This document shows positions 59,673 to 64,000 of a stretch of DNA of 64,000 nucleotides, piece after piece. The notes beneath the pieces are model-generated. The model ran no database searches, had not been told where the DNA came from, and saw only the letters and a list, made by a program, of their open reading frames with translations. The number at the start of each line of letters is the position of its first letter. Position 1 is the first letter of the stretch. The position numbers and the translations under genes were made by a program. Source of the DNA: Lepidodermella squamata (Eukaryota; Animalia; Gastrotricha); contig JBLDXI010000001.1 in the NCBI GenBank assembly GCA_047495785.1, positions 1,178,001 through 1,242,000 of the forward strand. Direction: 5' to 3'.

Positions 59673-60920
59673 ATGTCTTGCAAAATTAATTGTACGTACG
59701 ACTCGATTGGGAAGTCTTGGGTGATAGCGAAACTAATCGACCAGGGTGATGACCAACCCCGACCCTATTTTATCGGATGGTTTCACGACCTGTCAAAAAC
59801 TACAATGCAGTCAAGACTACCTATTATGATCAGCTACTCCTTATTCACGCTGCTAGCCATTACTGCAAGCATATGGCTAGCACTCCTATATTTCAAGCGT
59901 TCAGCACGTCGCGATTTCTTAGTACTGGTTTCACTTCTAGGCGCTAGTAATTCTCTGCTTTGTTTCGCCCACGCAATCTTCGTCGGAATGACATTTCGTA
60001 GTGGGTTTTGGGAGGGAGGGTCGGAGAGTTGTGCATTTCTCCATTGGTTACTCTTCACGTCTGGAGCATCGGGACCTTGGTTTTACATGCTGATCAGTTA
60101 TGAGCAGAAGTTGTGCCTGCTATCAGATGGCGTCCATTCATCCGCGAACTCAAAACGAGTATGTTTGAAAAATTCTCTAATAGGTTATGACTTCACTTCG
60201 GTACAGGTTGCTTTTTGGGCTGGATCTAGTTTAATTACCGTCGCTATCACATGGGCTACGTTGTGTTTCTATCCATTCCATGCCTTCAGCCTTCAGAAAA
60301 TCAGCGTTCCTGGTGTGAATAACAACACTCCAATTGCGCTATGTGGCGGCTTTGGTTACCACTTTGTGGAAACTTACGATACAACGCTCCTAATCGTGAT
60401 CTATTACGCCATCATCGTCAGCATACCGATTACTTTTATCGTTCATAATTACTTGCAAGTTTTTTGTATTGTGATTAATTTATAAATAACCTTGATTCCA
60501 AATAGGAAGATTTTCGGAAGATTCCGCTCAATCAGAATTACAAGCGTTGCCACGACCCAGCAACGCTTTCCAGCTGCATCATCGAGGTCAGCAATCTATT
60601 CTACGACTGCGATATTGGAAGATTGGAGGTCCCGCGAGCTATTCTTTGTGAAGCTATCGATAATATCCCTCGTAATTTACGCGTTACTCCGGATTCCATT
60701 GTTGATATCATTCGTTCTGACAATGTACTACGAAGACCTTGGCCCGCAGTTGCTAACTGCCGATGCGCACAAAGCAGCAGCTTTGATCTACATGGCTGAT
60801 TCGATTTTCGGTCCAATGCTGCTTAGCCTAAAACCAAGTTTTTCCTCTGATCTAAAAGAGCTCAAGTCGCGAATTCGTGAGAAATGTTCGCTTTGGTGTG
60901 CACTATTATTTGCAAAATAA
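59673..60920 (+). CDS. Divergent class A GPCR paralog 2, 3 exons (59673-60158, 60207-60454, 60506-60920)
   Basis: Collinear with paralog 1; ISYEQ at the DRY position; intron 2 is most likely GC-AG. Confidence 0.75.
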
Positions 60921-61272
60921 CTGTTCGAAAGTTAGCTGAAAGACCGATAACAATTGTCAGCCTACGTGCTGAGTACTGATATAATAGGCTATTAATTACG
61001 GCAATGTACTTTTTCAAATATTAGATCAGAAATCATGAAAATTAGAATTCTGGAATTATTATGCGCGTAGTAAATATACCAGAACATCTTCAGTATTAGG
61101 AAAAAAGATGACTATGTCGGGAAAAAGGAGAAGTCAATATCCGTGCGTCAGCGAATGTTGTGACTTCAATCCCAGGAGCTAGAGAAAAGTATATAAGTTA
61201 TCATTTCTTCGAACACAATGATGGTTAGCGCAGTGATTACTTCTCATTTTTGCAATTCCCTTGCGTGGGAAA

Positions 61273-61789
61273 ATATGTATTAATAGTTCCCTAGGGGGCA
61301 AACTGCAAACTGCAGTATTTTCACGTGTATCTCGTGCATGTATTATCTTGGAAAAAGTGGGCCTTCGAAAAAATTCGAAAATGTTGAAACTCGTCTCCGC
61401 ATTCGTTACACTCGGCTGCGCCTCACTCTTGCTTCGACTCGTTTCAAGCTTGGAAGTGACCAATTTCGTTTTATTTCCGGCTCTTTTTACCTGCCAGTGT
61501 TATACCCGCCAGTGAGATCGTCGTTGAGAAGCGTAAGCGGAAGGAAGAAACTAGTTGTTGGTTACTTTTCTCGCTTCGCTCGACTGCGACAAAAATTAAT
61601 CGCTGCTTTCTCGCCTCGCTCGGTGCCTCGCTACGCTCGTCCCAAAATCCTTGCCCCGTAATGCTCGCTCCGCTCGCTCTTACGGCGGGGCAAGGATTTT
61701 GGATCATGGCTCGCTTCGCTCGCATTTTAAAAAATCCGCCTTAAACTGTCAATATGTAAAGTTTTCCCCTAGGTGAATTATGTAACATA
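61273..61789. mobile_element. Non-autonomous element with imperfect TIRs, CTCGCTTCGCTCG repeats and an internal hairpin
   Basis: cctagggggcaaact versus agttttcccctagg ends; hairpin ccaaaatccttgccccg/cggggcaaggattttgg at 61642-61702; absent from the spacer between paralogs 1 and 2. Confidence 0.6.
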
Positions 61790-62100
61790 ATTGTAATATG
61801 TGAGCTGTCCCCTAGAGCATGAGTTCGCCAGAATCTTCAGCAGGGCGTTTGATCAGTTAAAAATGCCCGAATTGAGAGTAACATGAGATATCAGTGAAAA
61901 ACAACGTTTGTCAGCGATGCAGTTCAAATATTTGCAAGGGATTTTATGCGTTCGTGCTCATTATTGGGGATATCAATTTCATTCTAAGATATGAACGGTT
62001 CATCTCGCCTGATTATTCGCAAGAAATCGAATCTAACAACTAACATAAAAACCCGCCTTTTCTAGATTTCAAATCCGGAAATCTCAAATTTTCGTACATA

Positions 62101-63353
62101 ATGCCTTGCAAAAGTAATTGTACGTATGACTCGATTGGGAGATCTTGGATTATGGCAAAACTAATCGACCAGGGTGATGATCAGCCCCGACCCTATTTTA
62201 TCGGATGGTTTCACGACCTGTCAAAAACTACAATCCAGTCACGACTACCTTTTATGATCAGCTACTCTTTAATCACGCTGCTCTCCATTAGTGCAAGCAT
62301 ATGGCTAGCTGTTCTGTACTCGAAACGTTCGGCGCGTCGCGATTTCTTGGTACTAGTTTCACTTATAGGCGCTAGTAATTCTCTGTTTTGCTTCGCTTAC
62401 ACAACCTTGCTTGGAATGACATTTCGTAGTGGGTTTTGGGAGGGAGGATCAGAGAGTTGTGTATTCCTTCATTGGTTACTGTTTACTTCTGGAACATTGG
62501 GGCCGTGGTTTTACCTGTTGATTAGTCATGAGCAAAAAATATGCTTGCTATCAGGCGTAGCCACTTCATTAGCGAACTCAAAACGGGTATGTTTCAAAAA
62601 TGTCCTTATTGTTGATGACTTTTTTGCGGATAGGTTGCTTTTTGGGCTGGATCTAGTTTAATTACCGTCGCTATCACATGGGCTACGTTGTGTTTCTATC
62701 CATTCCATGCCTTTAGCCTTCAGAAAATCAGTGTCCCTGGGGTGAACAACAACACTCCAATCGAGTTATGTGGTGGCTTTGGTTATCGATTCATTGGAAA
62801 ATACGATACAACGCTCCTAGTTGTGATCTATTACGCCATCATCGTCGGCGTACCGATTTTCATCATCGTTCATAATTACCTGCAAGTTTTTCGTTTCTAT
62901 TGTGATCGATTTATTAATGAACTTATTATTTCTAACAGGAGAATTTTCAGAAGATTCCGCTCAATCAGAATCAGAAGCATTGCCGCGAGACGTCAAGATG
63001 TTCTAACTGGATCATCGAGCTCAACGATCAATTCAACGAATGCGATGTTGGAAGATTGGAGGTCCCGCGAGCTTTTCTTTGTGAAGCTATCAATAATATC
63101 ACTCGTACTCTACGCATTACTCCGGATTCCAGTGTTGGTATCATTCGTTCTAACAATGTACTACGAAGACCTGGGCCCGCAGTTGCTAACTGCCGATGCC
63201 CATAAAGCAGCATCTGGGATCTACATGGCTGATTCGTTTATCGGTCCACTGCTGCTGAGCTTAAAACCAAGTTTTTCTTCTGATCTAAAAGAGCTCAAGT
63301 CAAAAATACGCGAGAAATGTTCGCTTTGTTGTGCACTATTATTTGCAAAATAA
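62101..63353 (+). CDS. Divergent class A GPCR paralog 3, 3 exons (62101-62586, 62634-62881, 62939-63353)
   Basis: Close paralog of copy 2; ISHEQ at the DRY position; intron 2 (62882-62938) is GC-AG. Confidence 0.75.
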
Positions 63354-63465
63354 CAGTTTGTAAGATAGCTGAAAACCGATAAGAATTGTCTGCCGTCACT
63401 GATAAGACAGGTCATTACCTACGGTATGTGTGTGGATTTTCAAGTGTGAGATCATGTCGTGAAAT

Positions 63466-64000
63466 ATGAGGATTCTGAAGTTAATAAAACATCACGTGCT
63501 GCTGTTAGCATTTCTCTCGTATGGCGCTTTAAGTCAAACTACTTGGCCCTGTGAGCCCACTGATCAGTATTACCAATGCGCTGGAAGTAAAACGTGTATA
63601 CCTCGTGGTTACATCGGAGATTTTATCATCGATTGGTGAGTTAGCAAACCAGATTTCAAAATGTTCATCAAAATAAAGAATTCACAGTTCGGAAGGTGAT
63701 GACGAGCGTGGTTTTGGTTTCTGCGATTTCGAACTGGGTACGATCTCTTTAAAATATTTATCCAATCAAATAGCAATACTTTGAATAAAAGGGAAACCTT
63801 CTGCTGGCAATACGGACCAATTGTGCTCTTGGAAGACATTGGCGAACGTCGAAGGCATCTTCCCCCTCACTCAGCGCTCTGGCGTACCAGCAAGCTACGA
63901 ACCCATCACAGATGGGCCCCCGACTTTGAACTCTAATGGCTGGTATTTGTACTCAATTCCTAAACGAATCTGTGAGAATATCGCATTGATCAAAATATAT
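63466..64000 (+). CDS. 5' part of a secreted/membrane LDLa + MAM domain protein (exons 63466-63635, 63688-63737, 63792 onward), runs off the window
   Basis: Spliced: MRILKLIKHHVLLLAFLSYGALSQ-TTWPCEPTDQYYQCAGSKTCIPRGYIGDFIIDCSEGDDE-RGFGFCDFELGKPSAGNTDQLCSW, i.e. signal peptide, LDLa-like module and the MAM start CDFE...CSW; introns of 52 and 54 nt with compatible phases. Confidence 0.75.

Noticed and set aside
58014-63353. Opsins, because of a Lys near TM7 (HKA)
   Set aside because: The residue seven before the TM7 proline, where opsins carry the retinal lysine, is Met; the Lys is too far upstream.

Overview
Eukaryotic DNA from a gene-dense, compact invertebrate-type animal genome with standard code and mostly 47-69 nt spliceosomal introns, so many ORFs in the track are single exons. 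The organism cannot be named from the sequence. The left half (1-34.7 kb) is a minus-strand array of 12 cytosolic sulfotransferase genes: one cut by the window edge, one with its active-site cap deleted, in two intron classes plus one intronless copy. Interleaved are two intronless GABA-B-like class C GPCRs, a Ly6/three-finger gene, two small tandem paralogous ORFs and two SLC49A4/DIRC2-like MFS transporters. Next come two Cys-rich genes of a fungal/algal-type family and an intron-containing diaminopimelate decarboxylase resembling the DapDC half of bacterial AspK-DapDC fusions (horizontal transfer candidate). Then a LicD/fukutin-family type II membrane protein with an altered catalytic motif, a CYP3-clan P450, a divergent Cys-loop channel, an Apaf-1-like NB-ARC plus ankyrin protein with tRNA-Thr(CGT) in its intron, a secreted multi-sushi protein, three divergent class A GPCR paralogs (two with a GC-AG intron) and the start of an LDLa-MAM gene missed by the ORF track. 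Several MITE/foldback elements lie in spacers and introns. All family calls come from motif recognition; no searches were run.
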